Shown in pieces: positions 1-9,038 of a stretch of 20,000 nt of DNA (position 1 is the stretch's first letter; every line of letters starts with the position of its first letter). A program made the translations under genes and the position numbers. Origin of the DNA: an uncultured virus (IMG/VR IMGVR_UViG_3300021425_000024) (lineage: Duplodnaviria > Heunggongvirae > Uroviricota > Caudoviricetes); IMG/VR virus record IMGVR_UViG_3300021425_000024. The stretch is one strand, 5' to 3'. Under the pieces are notes generated by a model. It was not told the origin of the DNA and ran no database searches. It saw nothing but the letters and a program-made list of their open reading frames with translations.

Positions 1-623
1 CACAATCAAACTTGCTAAAAGGCGTTCCAAAAAATCCAGTAGGAATGATTGTACCGTTCGCAGGCGAAGTTGCACCTGCGGGTTGGTACTTGTGTGACGG
101 TAAAGAACTTAGACAAACAGAAGCAACAGAATTGTTCAATGTAATTGGATTTAAATTTAAAGATCCGTTATCAATGTCAAATTCACCAGCAACATTTTTT
201 AGTTTACCAGATTTTAGAGGTAGATTCTTATTAGGTGCTGATAACATGGGCGGCTTACCTGCAGATACTGTAACTAATACAAATGCAGATAACATAGGTG
301 GTTCATCAGGTTCAGAATTTAAAGATATTAAAATAGAAAACTTACCAGAACACGAACACGACATGAAGTCACCAGGTGGTACACAGCATTATGCAATTAT
401 TGATGATACTGTAGCACCAGATGAGCAAGGAAGTATAAACCAACCGTTGAATATTTCCCAAGGCACACAAACAACTAGTGGTATTCCATCAAGTGGTGGA
501 ATTAAAGAAGGCGGAACAGACGGGCAAGGCTCATTTAGAGGTGCAGAAAATTTAGGTACAGCACTTGACGGGCTACCACCGTTTGTTACAGTAAACTACA
601 TAATATTTGCCGATAATGTTTAG
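1..623 (+). CDS. Phage tail-collar domain protein (tail fibre/short fibre type), 5'-truncated by window edge
   Basis: Frame is open from position 3 (QSNLLKGVP...), so the TTG at 12 is probably not the start. Collar motif PVGMIVPFAG..AP.GWYLCDG...LF.VIG...F.LPDFRGRF, then ENLPEHEH and terminal LPPFVTVNYII, typical of phage tail collar (PF07484-like) proteins. Stop TAG 621-623. Confidence 0.85.
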   Translation, partial: QSNLLKGVPKNPVGMIVPFAGEVAPAGWYLCDGKELRQTEATELFNVIGFKFKDPLSMSNSPATFFSLPDFRGRFLLGADNMGGLPADTVTNTNADNIGGSSGSEFKDIKIENLPEHEHDMKSPGGTQHYAIIDDTVAPDEQGSINQPLNISQGTQTTSGIPSSGGIKEGGTDGQGSFRGAENLGTALDGLPPFVTVNYIIFADNV

Positions 624-631
624 GAAACAAT

Positions 632-2458
632 ATGAGTTATAATTTAAACAAAACAGATGGAACACTACTTACAGAACTTGTAGATGGTATATTAGATAAC
701 AACACTACTGACATAAGTCTAGTAGGTAGAAACTATTCTGGATACGGCGAATTTATAAATGAAAACTTTATAAAAATGTTAGAAAATTTTGCTAACCCAA
801 ATAGTCCTGTAGCACCACTTAAAGGACAACTTTGGTATGATACAAGTGAAAACAAACTAAAAGTATTTGACGGCACAAGTTTTCAATCAGCAGCTGGTAG
901 TTTTATTAGTGAAACTTTCCCTTCAGGACCTATACCAGGCGACACATGGTTTAGTACAGCTGAAAAACAATTTTACTTGTATGACGGCGAAGTATGGACA
1001 TTGATTGGTCCAGCATTTAGTAGACTTCAAGGCAAAAGTGGTGTTATTACAGATACAATTTTTGATACAGATCTTAATTCAAAAACAGTACTAAAAGTTT
1101 TTGTAAATGAAATATTGCAGGCTGTGATAGCAGGTGAAACATTTACACCAAACCCAATACCTAACAATTTAGTATCAGGATTAGTTACATCAGAAAATGC
1201 CACAGGCACTATTTTTAAAGGTATAAACCTAATAGACAAAGTAAACTTTACATACAGAGGCGTTGCTGAATCTGCACAAAACTTAATTAGTGCAACAGGC
1301 GTAGAAGTTAAAGAATCTGAAATAATGAAAAATAATGCTGATCAGGTTCTACAAGGAAGATTAGATGTTAGGGTAAGTTCAGGTATATCAATTGGTACAA
1401 ACGACGATACTAGATTGTTTATGGATAACGGTTTCACCATTCGAAACACAAGAGCAGGCGACGATTTTAATATTCTTGTACGTGGTGCAAATGATGTACT
1501 TGACCAAACAAGTGCGTTAGTAATTAAACCTACAACAAAACGTATAGGATTATTTAATGCAAATCCTGCTTACAATTTAGATGTCACAGGCGATGTACGT
1601 ATTACTGGTGATTTAACAGTAGAAGGCGATAGTTTTGTAACTGAAGCAGAAACATTACAAATAGCAGATAAAAATATTGAATTGGCTGTAGTTGATAACC
1701 CAACTAACTTAACATGTGATCAAGGTGGCATTACATTAAAAGGCTCTACTGATAAAACATTCCAGTGGTTAAATTTATCAAGTTCATGGACAAGTAGTGA
1801 ACACTTAGATCTAGCATCAGGAAAAAGTTATAAAGTAAATAATGCTGATGTACTATCAGCAACTACAATTGGCTCAGGAGTAATTAACAGTAGCCTAAGA
1901 AATCTTGGTGTACTTGAAACACTAAACATTGGTACAGGTGGCACAGCAAGTGTAAACATATCTAATGCAGGTGTAATTACAAGACCAGGTGCAGGCTCAG
2001 GCTTGTCAATTAACGTCGGCGGTGACGTTGATTTAAACAGTAACAAAATTACAAATTTATTAGGACCAACAGCAGATGGCGACGGCGCTAATAAAGTATA
2101 TGTTGATCAAACTGTACAAACAGAACCATTGGTGATGTCACTAGATATTACAGGCATGGTAAGTATCAACGATGAAATTATTGCAATATTACAAAGTTTG
2201 TACCCTGCAACAACGTTTGCTAATGGCAAGGAAGCAAGAATTGCTACAACGTCTTATGCAGGACAATCAACAGACCCAATTGATATTGCAACACCTACTA
2301 CAACAACTGAAGTTGATGTTAATGCAGCCGCAGGCGGTGTAGTAAGTGTAATACAGGGCATAAGTTTACCTAACTCTTTAACTCCGACGTTTACGTTAAG
2401 CGTTACAAGAGGGCAAAGAAACTTTATAATTACTAATGGAGCGTGGGTTGCAAATTAG
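632..2458 (+). CDS. Phage tail fibre / baseplate-associated structural protein (608 aa)
   Basis: SD-like AGGA before ATG. N-terminus (GRNYSGYGEFINENFIKMLENFA..P..P.KGQLWYD) is paralogous to 2502-4001. Repeated P..GD/QxW..YDG..W units, beta-strand fibre repeats (LDVTGDVRITGDLTVEG) and a neck-like NKITNL..PT...DGANK.YVD motif. Confidence 0.75.
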   Translation: MSYNLNKTDGTLLTELVDGILDNNTTDISLVGRNYSGYGEFINENFIKMLENFANPNSPVAPLKGQLWYDTSENKLKVFDGTSFQSAAGSFISETFPSGPIPGDTWFSTAEKQFYLYDGEVWTLIGPAFSRLQGKSGVITDTIFDTDLNSKTVLKVFVNEILQAVIAGETFTPNPIPNNLVSGLVTSENATGTIFKGINLIDKVNFTYRGVAESAQNLISATGVEVKESEIMKNNADQVLQGRLDVRVSSGISIGTNDDTRLFMDNGFTIRNTRAGDDFNILVRGANDVLDQTSALVIKPTTKRIGLFNANPAYNLDVTGDVRITGDLTVEGDSFVTEAETLQIADKNIELAVVDNPTNLTCDQGGITLKGSTDKTFQWLNLSSSWTSSEHLDLASGKSYKVNNADVLSATTIGSGVINSSLRNLGVLETLNIGTGGTASVNISNAGVITRPGAGSGLSINVGGDVDLNSNKITNLLGPTADGDGANKVYVDQTVQTEPLVMSLDITGMVSINDEIIAILQSLYPATTFANGKEARIATTSYAGQSTDPIDIATPTTTTEVDVNAAAGGVVSVIQGISLPNSLTPTFTLSVTRGQRNFIITNGAWVAN

Positions 2459-2466
2459 TATAAATA
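2459..2466 (+). promoter_or_regulatory. T4-type late promoter (TATAAATA)
   Basis: Exact TATAAATA in the 43-nt gap between two structural genes, 35 nt upstream of ATG 2502; matches the gp55-dependent late promoter consensus. Confidence 0.8.
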
Positions 2467-2501
2467 CAACGTGTAAACACAGGATTATATAGGACAAAAA
2501 A

Positions 2502-4001
2502 ATGGCGTATCAAATAGATAGATTTAATAAGAGCCCTTTAACAACAGTAGAGGATGGTACTCTTGACGAAACTACAGATATTAAATTTGTAGGAAAAAAT
2601 TATGCAGGATATGGAGAAATACATAACGAAAACTTCTTATTCTTGCTAGAAAACTTTGCAGGTGCTAATCAACCACCTAAACCAGTAAGCGGTCAACTTT
2701 GGTTTGACAGCGGTTCAGATAGAATGAAGTTTAGAGATGGCAACCAAAACTGGCGAACAGTAGGTGGTGCAGAAGTTTCCGGAGCTCAACCAGCAGGATT
2801 AGCAGAAGGTGATTTTTGGTGGGATAGTGCTAACGAACAACTTTACGTTTACAACGGTGCCAATTTTGTCCTAATTGGTCCACAAGACGCAGGTGAAGGC
2901 CAAACAGCAATGGTTAGTCGTACTGTACTTGATAATACAAGCCCAAATGGCGTTTCAAGAAGTATTATTACAGCAACAGTAAATGATTCTGTACAGTTTA
3001 TTATATCACCAACAGCATTTACATTAGGCTCAGGCGCAGATAATGAGATAAACGGATTCAGTGATATTCAACAAGGTGTTACACTAAGAGACACGCCAGC
3101 TTCAGGTGTAACAAGTACAGCAGTTAGATTCCACGGTACAGCAACAAACGCTGAAAAATTAGGAGGGTTAAGTGCTGGAGATTTTGTACAGGGCGGAACA
3201 CCAAGTTTTTCAACTCAATTAGATCTAACAGCAGGTTTAGTAACTCATAGTAATTTTTACTTTACAATGCGTCCAGATAACCAAACTGGTTTAATTAAAA
3301 ACACAAGTGCAAACGCAAACCAAATTGATTTTGAATTAAAAGCACCTTCCACAGGTACACTTACACATTCTGTTGCAATTACATCAGAAGGTATTATGCC
3401 AGGAGACGCAACTACTGATCTTAAATTAGGTAAAGATGGTAATGCATGGGACGAAATACATGCTACAGCATTTAAAGGTACAGCAGATAATGCTAACGAA
3501 TTAAGAATTGGTACATCAGGTACCTCTTATACATATGCTACTGCATCAAATGTAGGCGGAACTATTGCTGTAAGAGAACAAGATGGTGCTAATACAAAAC
3601 TAGTTGCAGATATTTTCCAAGGTATAGCAACACAAGCACAGTTTGCTGACTTAGCAGAAAAATATACAGTAGAAAAAGATCATCCTGTAGGTACAGTTAT
3701 GTATGTAAGTACAGCAGGCGAATATGAAATTGCACCATGTTTATTAGATAGTTTTCCAGTAGGTGTTATATCTGAAAAACCAGCATACTTAATGAATGCA
3801 GAAGCAGATGGACAAGCAATAGCACTTGAAGGTCGTGTTCCAGTAAGATGCATTGGTGAAGTACGTAAAGGCGATAGAGTTTACGTAGACGCTGAAGGGT
3901 GTGCAAGTACAAAATTTGACGGTAATCCTTTAGTTGGCGTAGCACTTGAAAGCAATTTAGACGAACAAGAAAAATTAGTAGAGTGTATATTAAAACTTTA
4001 G
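2502..4001 (+). CDS. Tail fibre/spike protein with C-terminal intramolecular-chaperone (peptidase G2-like) domain (499 aa)
   Basis: N-terminal ~220 aa paralogous to 632-2458. C-terminal ~118 aa begin ADLAEKY and contain GVISEKPAYLMN and ALEGRVPV..G.V.KGD, a pattern typical of phage fibre C-terminal chaperone domains. SD AGGA upstream. Confidence 0.72.
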   Translation: MAYQIDRFNKSPLTTVEDGTLDETTDIKFVGKNYAGYGEIHNENFLFLLENFAGANQPPKPVSGQLWFDSGSDRMKFRDGNQNWRTVGGAEVSGAQPAGLAEGDFWWDSANEQLYVYNGANFVLIGPQDAGEGQTAMVSRTVLDNTSPNGVSRSIITATVNDSVQFIISPTAFTLGSGADNEINGFSDIQQGVTLRDTPASGVTSTAVRFHGTATNAEKLGGLSAGDFVQGGTPSFSTQLDLTAGLVTHSNFYFTMRPDNQTGLIKNTSANANQIDFELKAPSTGTLTHSVAITSEGIMPGDATTDLKLGKDGNAWDEIHATAFKGTADNANELRIGTSGTSYTYATASNVGGTIAVREQDGANTKLVADIFQGIATQAQFADLAEKYTVEKDHPVGTVMYVSTAGEYEIAPCLLDSFPVGVISEKPAYLMNAEADGQAIALEGRVPVRCIGEVRKGDRVYVDAEGCASTKFDGNPLVGVALESNLDEQEKLVECILKL

Positions 4002-4011
4002 GAGATAACTT

Positions 4012-5025
4012 ATGCCGGCTGTTACAGACTTAGTCAACTCATCCGTATACAATTCGATTAGAAGCACAGTAAACAATGTGTTAGGTGTTGGCGACGGCGC
4101 ACAAACAGGGTATGGCAGAACATTAGAAAGTGAGTCAAAAGCAGATAATGATATTATATATGCTGCTGACATGCAAAAACTTTATAATGATTTAGTTAAA
4201 GCAAGAACACACCAAAAAGGTAATCCGCCAACGTGGACAAATCCAGACGGACTTGCAGCTCCATCAATAGGAGAAATTGTTGGTGTATATGCTGCAGATG
4301 TAGGACCAGGCGGAACAAGTGCAGATGCAACAAACGATCAAGCAGAAGGATTTGCTGACTTTGAAGCAGCCGCACAGGATGTTCTAGATGACAGAGACGT
4401 ATTTGATATATCACAGTTTTCAACTACGATTGAAGATACAAACACAAGACAATCAAGTTGGAATGGCGAGATAGATCATACAGTAACAGTTACTTGGCAA
4501 AATGCTGATGAAAGAAGATTCTTTTTTAATACTGGTGGAACAATTAAATTTAATGCTTCGCTAACAGGTGGTACAAGTGTACCAGGTGATGTAACAACAA
4601 CACCTCCAGGAACAAAAGACGAAATATGGCAAACAATGTTAAGTACAATGGGTACTGTAAGATTTGCAAAAGGTATAACAGCATCAGATGGTACTAATCC
4701 TGGCTCAGGTACAGCAATTGGCAATTACCATGATTGGTCAGGATCAAGTTCCTCAAGTCCAGTAAGAATTTTTACAAAAAGTGGCTCCGGGTTGTATGCA
4801 GAAAACGAATACTATATTGACGCTTGGGAAACAGCGTCTAACAGTTTAAGATTTAAAATTGTATTTGTAGATAATGACATTGGTGACGAAGTTAGTGATC
4901 CTGCTTCATCAGGTCCTGAAGACGAGGATGTCACAGGGGTAACTGAAAGTACAGTTTCTTTTGTATATGCTAGTGGAGCGTTAGCAATTCCTAAACCGTC
5001 CTTGACAGTCAATTCAAATCTATAA
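4012..5025 (+). CDS. Putative virion structural protein (337 aa), paralogue of the N-terminus of 5050-8517
   Basis: Strong SD AGGAG. Acidic, Thr/Gly/Ser-rich. Motifs VLG.GDGAQ.GYG, DMQ.LYNDL.KAR.HQ and RR.FFNTGG are shared with the next gene. Located in the tail module. Confidence 0.65.
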   Translation: MPAVTDLVNSSVYNSIRSTVNNVLGVGDGAQTGYGRTLESESKADNDIIYAADMQKLYNDLVKARTHQKGNPPTWTNPDGLAAPSIGEIVGVYAADVGPGGTSADATNDQAEGFADFEAAAQDVLDDRDVFDISQFSTTIEDTNTRQSSWNGEIDHTVTVTWQNADERRFFFNTGGTIKFNASLTGGTSVPGDVTTTPPGTKDEIWQTMLSTMGTVRFAKGITASDGTNPGSGTAIGNYHDWSGSSSSSPVRIFTKSGSGLYAENEYYIDAWETASNSLRFKIVFVDNDIGDEVSDPASSGPEDEDVTGVTESTVSFVYASGALAIPKPSLTVNSNL

Positions 5026-5028
5026 GTA
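5021..5028 (+). promoter_or_regulatory. Possible variant late promoter (TATAAGTA)
   Basis: One mismatch to TATAAATA, overlaps the stop of 4012-5025 as the 2459 box abuts a stop, and lies 21 nt before ATG 5050. Confidence 0.4.
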
Positions 5029-5049
5029 CATACATAAAAGGAAACAGGA

Positions 5050-8000
5050 ATGGCTGTAGTTGGAACAAATGTTACCGCGGCAAATTATAACACAATCCAA
5101 GGTAAGATAGATGACGTTTTAGGTGCTGGAGACGGAGCACAAAACGGTTACGGCCAAACTTTACAAAGTTCACAAAAAAGCGCAGGCGATGTAATTGCTG
5201 CAACAGATATGCAACAGTTATATAACGACCTTATCAAAGCAAGATTACACCAAACAAATCCAGTAACATGGACCAATGCCGATGGCCTTGCTGCACCAAG
5301 TGCAGATGAAAATGTTGGTGCAAGTGCTGCAGACGTTGGAGACGAAACTCCTTTAGCTATTTTCTCACTTGTTGCGTCAACAGAATATATGATTGTTGAT
5401 ACAGGTGATTCTGATTTTACATTAATAGGTGCTTCTGCTAACGAAGCAGGAATAAAATTTACAGCAACAGGGCCAGGAACTGGTACAGGTATTGCAAAAC
5501 TTTCACCTACAAGTGCTAACGCAGAAGACGATCAAGCAGAAGGATATTTAGACTTTGAAGCAGCGGCAGATGAAATTGTAGCAGATATAAATCAACATGA
5601 TGCTGATAACTTTACAATAACAACAGTAACCAGCACACGTACTAACCCATGGGGCGGCGGCGACTTTGCTAGTCCTGGTTCTAAAATTACCAACGAAGTA
5701 GAAATTACTTGGCTTAATTCTGATCAAAGAAGGTACTTCTTTAACACTGGCGGCGAACTAAGATTTAATGCTGATCTTATAGGTGCTGTAACAGCAAGTT
5801 CAAAAGAAGACAGTTGGAACACTGTATTAGCCAACATGGGTACAATTACATTTAGTAAAAATGCAACAACAGCAGATGGTTCAAGTCCAGGATCTGGTTC
5901 AGCGATTGGTAATTATTATGCAGATTGGAATCTAACAAGTTCAAGTAATAGAGCGGTAATATATATTAAAAATGGCTCAGGCATATATGCTGACATTCAA
6001 TATAGGATTGAAGCATGGGAAGTTGCTGCTGGTAATGCAACAACACCAAGCACATTAAGATTTAGAATAGAATTTCAAGATAACGATTTTAGTAGTAGTC
6101 CTGATGGTATAGATGAAAATGTTGACAATGACATTCAAAGCAATGTAAAAATTTATCATGATACAGTTTTAGGAATACCAGCACCATCGATTACAACAAT
6201 TACAGCACTAGATGACGGCATACAAAATAATGCTTCTGCTAACTTAACAAGAACTCCAGCAACAGGGTCTATCAACGAAGGCGATAATGTAACCTTTACA
6301 TTAAGTGTAAATCCTGTGGCAAACGGTACTACAATAGATTATACATTGAGTGGCGTAGGTATAAGTGTTGGTGATCTTGACAATAGTCAAGGCATGGGCG
6401 GTGTATTTACTATGAATAATGGTATAGGAAGTGTAACTATAACTGCAAAGAATGACGAAACTTCAGAAGGAGCAGAAACGCTTATATGTAGTGTACCATC
6501 ATTTGGATTGCAACAAAGTATACAAATAAATGATACTAGTACTTCACCATCACCACCACCTGTGGCTAACACATACGATATAACAGGACCATCAAGTATT
6601 AATGAAGGAAGCACAGGCACCTATAACGTAACAACCAACGACAATGATGGCACATATTATTACTCAGTAAGTCCGACAGGTGTAATGACCACAAACAATG
6701 GAAGTTTCAGTGTTACAGGCGGCAATGGGTCGTTCCAACTAACAGGGGCAAATGATGCTGTAGTTGGAGATAACGAAACTATCACAGTATCATTTAGAAC
6801 AGGTGGAGTAGGTGGAACAATAGTAGATAGTATGACTACATCTATTGTAGATACTACTGTGCCTCCAAGAACGGAAAATTTATATGCAATAGAATATTAT
6901 GCTCTTGCAGACCTTGATCAAGGATCAACCGGTGCTGACTCATTTCAAACGTACGGAACGACTGAAACCAAAACAAGAATTACATCCTCTAATGCATCTA
7001 ATCTTCCAACGTTAAACAGTGCTACTGAAACAAGATTTTATGGCGGTTTTGACACTGGCTATACATGGTCTAAACAGGCTAACGACAATAGAATTGATAT
7101 TGCTGTAGTTGGTGGTGGCGGTGGCGGAACAGGTATTTCGGTAGATAGTAGTAGAGGCGGTCCTGCAGGCGGTGGCGCAGCAGGTGGCGTTGCATTTAAG
7201 ACATTACTAGACGGAAATATTCCAAATACAGCAAATATAATTGTTGGTAGAGGCGGAGATGGCTCAAGGCAAGAAAGCGGTGCTAATGATTTTAATCTAG
7301 GACGACCCGGCGGCTCAAGCACTTTTTCATATGGCTCTACTATTTCTAAGTATTCATTTACATTTGGTAAGGAAAGTTTTGTAATGCAAGGCATTAACGT
7401 ACCGTCTGTGTGGGTCTGGGAAGGCAACGTAATTAGGACGGCAATAAATGATTTTAGTTCTTCCTTTGTTTATAACGGGGTTACATATGAACGAGGCCCT
7501 CAGCAATCTTTCTTCGATACGAACCCAGGGTCTGCAGAACCAGAAAATGCTTTTTACTATTCAATAAAAAGAGCTGGGGGAATAATAGATGCCAATGCCG
7601 GCCAAAACGGCTTGATTGGACTTGCTTCAGTAGGTGGAGATGCTACTGGCGGAGATTCAAACTTTACAGGTGCTGCCAGTCTAGCTACTTCAGGTACTTT
7701 TAATATTTTGCAAGCAAGTACTGGTGGAACTATAAGCACAGGAGATGGTATTCAAGCAAACTTACCTGATGGTAATACATTTGCTGCTAGTGGTACTTTA
7801 GCAACTGAAAACGTAGGTAACAGAGTAGCAGAAGCCGCTAGAACAAACATCAGCACCAACAAGATACTATTACAATATCTAGAAGTGCAAGGCGGCACTG
7901 CGGCTTGTCAAGTACCTAATTACGGAACCTACTGTAACGGTTTAGGAGTTGGCGCAGGTGGCGGCGGCATGTCTCAGCGTCAACAACTGTCTAGAGGCGG

Positions 8001-8517
8001 CGCAGGTCATCCTGGAGTAGTTGCTATAGCAAGATATAGTTCTACAGAATCTGAAAAATCAATAAACATTTATACAGCAAACGGTGCTGTAGGTATAATA
8101 AATAGTTCTCCAACAGTTTATACGGCAGGATGGCAAGGAACCAGCGGCACAAATACAAACAATTTTAGTACTACTGCCGGCGGTCATTCATTGATAAGTG
8201 CAGTGATAACAAGAATATCCAGTGCTCCTGCTGGTACATCATATATGCAGGGTATAACATTTTATGTTTTATTTAAATTAAGTGGCAATGTACCGTTTGA
8301 AAGATTACACAGTGTTGATGTTTCACAAGGCAGTAATAGAAATATCACTTTCGTAAAAACACAGCGAACAACAAGAAGTTTCGACGGAACAAACACTACG
8401 TTTCAACTTAGTACTTTAGACGGGCTACCACCATTAGTGACTTCGGATGACAGTAATGGATTTATTTGGGTTTTGAATCAGGGCAACTGGAATTTTACAC
8501 TAAGGACTTTAGAATAA
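5050..8517 (+). CDS. Large modular virion protein: paralogous N-terminal domain + two Calx-beta/Ig-like domains + glycine-rich domain; candidate adhesin (1155 aa)
   Basis: aa ~1-385 align by eye with 4012-5025. Two SINEG-starting beta-sandwich repeats lie at ~6238-6540 and ~6571-6858. The Gly-rich tail domain runs IAVVGGGGGG...GGGAAGG...IIVGRGG...G.GAGGGG...GGAG.PGVV. Confidence 0.7.
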   Translation: MAVVGTNVTAANYNTIQGKIDDVLGAGDGAQNGYGQTLQSSQKSAGDVIAATDMQQLYNDLIKARLHQTNPVTWTNADGLAAPSADENVGASAADVGDETPLAIFSLVASTEYMIVDTGDSDFTLIGASANEAGIKFTATGPGTGTGIAKLSPTSANAEDDQAEGYLDFEAAADEIVADINQHDADNFTITTVTSTRTNPWGGGDFASPGSKITNEVEITWLNSDQRRYFFNTGGELRFNADLIGAVTASSKEDSWNTVLANMGTITFSKNATTADGSSPGSGSAIGNYYADWNLTSSSNRAVIYIKNGSGIYADIQYRIEAWEVAAGNATTPSTLRFRIEFQDNDFSSSPDGIDENVDNDIQSNVKIYHDTVLGIPAPSITTITALDDGIQNNASANLTRTPATGSINEGDNVTFTLSVNPVANGTTIDYTLSGVGISVGDLDNSQGMGGVFTMNNGIGSVTITAKNDETSEGAETLICSVPSFGLQQSIQINDTSTSPSPPPVANTYDITGPSSINEGSTGTYNVTTNDNDGTYYYSVSPTGVMTTNNGSFSVTGGNGSFQLTGANDAVVGDNETITVSFRTGGVGGTIVDSMTTSIVDTTVPPRTENLYAIEYYALADLDQGSTGADSFQTYGTTETKTRITSSNASNLPTLNSATETRFYGGFDTGYTWSKQANDNRIDIAVVGGGGGGTGISVDSSRGGPAGGGAAGGVAFKTLLDGNIPNTANIIVGRGGDGSRQESGANDFNLGRPGGSSTFSYGSTISKYSFTFGKESFVMQGINVPSVWVWEGNVIRTAINDFSSSFVYNGVTYERGPQQSFFDTNPGSAEPENAFYYSIKRAGGIIDANAGQNGLIGLASVGGDATGGDSNFTGAASLATSGTFNILQASTGGTISTGDGIQANLPDGNTFAASGTLATENVGNRVAEAARTNISTNKILLQYLEVQGGTAACQVPNYGTYCNGLGVGAGGGGMSQRQQLSRGGAGHPGVVAIARYSSTESEKSINIYTANGAVGIINSSPTVYTAGWQGTSGTNTNNFSTTAGGHSLISAVITRISSAPAGTSYMQGITFYVLFKLSGNVPFERLHSVDVSQGSNRNITFVKTQRTTRSFDGTNTTFQLSTLDGLPPLVTSDDSNGFIWVLNQGNWNFTLRTLE
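6238..6858 (+). repeat. Two tandem Calx-beta/Ig-like protein domain repeats
   Basis: SINEGDNVTFTL...YTL...G.FT...G.G....A.ND...EGAET...I.DTS versus SINEGSTGTYNV...YSV...GSFS...G.GS....AND....NET...IVDTT, separated by a Pro-rich linker. Confidence 0.6.
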
Positions 8518-8987
8518 TGGCTACGTATTTTATAAATGAAGTATACGAGTTGTCAGAAGAATTTATTGACGAATTACACAACCAGTTAGCTTTAGAATTT
8601 AGTAAACATAATCCACATTGTGATCTAAAAAATGCTTTGAGCACATTATACACTGATGTGTTTACATATTTTTTACTTACAATAGATAATAAACCAGTAT
8701 CACTTGTTATAGGTATAGCAGAAGGTGATCAGTTTACTATAGGTGAAATACATAGCATTGCTTATAATGGCTCTAGAGATTACTTGTATGAATCTACATA
8801 TTTTGATACATTAAATAATGCATTAATTGAAAGAGGATTTACTAGTAAAAAATTTATTACCTCTAAAACAGCTAGAGACGATAATTGGATAAGACGTACT
8901 TGTACTGAACATCCACTTGCTGACAGTTATGCTCCAACGTTAGAAGAAACTGAAACCCATTCAATTTGGACTTGGTCTTTTTCTTGA
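8517..8987 (+). CDS. Hypothetical protein (156 aa), possibly GNAT-like fold
   Basis: ATG at 8517 overlaps the upstream TAA (TAATG) with TAAGGA upstream, which is more plausible than the TTG at 8466 in the ORF track. The fold guess comes only from the helix-then-beta pattern YFLLTIDNKPVSLVIG...FTIGEIHS. Confidence 0.55.
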   Translation: MATYFINEVYELSEEFIDELHNQLALEFSKHNPHCDLKNALSTLYTDVFTYFLLTIDNKPVSLVIGIAEGDQFTIGEIHSIAYNGSRDYLYESTYFDTLNNALIERGFTSKKFITSKTARDDNWIRRTCTEHPLADSYAPTLEETETHSIWTWSFS

Positions 8988-9012
8988 CATTTGACTCCTA
9001 AGAGTGTATAAT
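8984..9012 (+). promoter_or_regulatory. Consensus sigma70 promoter
   Basis: TTGACA (8984-8989), 17-nt spacer, TATAAT (9007-9012), in the intergenic gap. SD GGAGA 9028-9032 and ATG 9039 follow. Confidence 0.9.
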
Positions 9013-9038
9013 TACTAGTATACCTTTGGAGATGTTGT

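Noticed and set aside
5002..5032. Sigma70 promoter from TTGACA at 5002-5007
   Set aside because: No acceptable -10 hexamer at 16-18 nt spacing.
4012..6200. Diversity-generating retroelement TR/VR pair
   Set aside because: The similarity is protein-level paralogy with changes at all bases, not adenine-specific, and no reverse transcriptase is seen.
7105..7190. GGT/GGC-rich low-complexity tract
   Set aside because: Explained by glycine codons of the Gly-rich domain; not a DNA repeat element.
567..8432. Exact 14-nt repeat GACGGGCTACCACC at 567-580 and 8419-8432, both encoding LDGLPPxVT near gene ends
   Set aside because: Flanks do not align further, one 14-mer match in 20 kb is compatible with chance, and no recombinase or reverse transcriptase is present.
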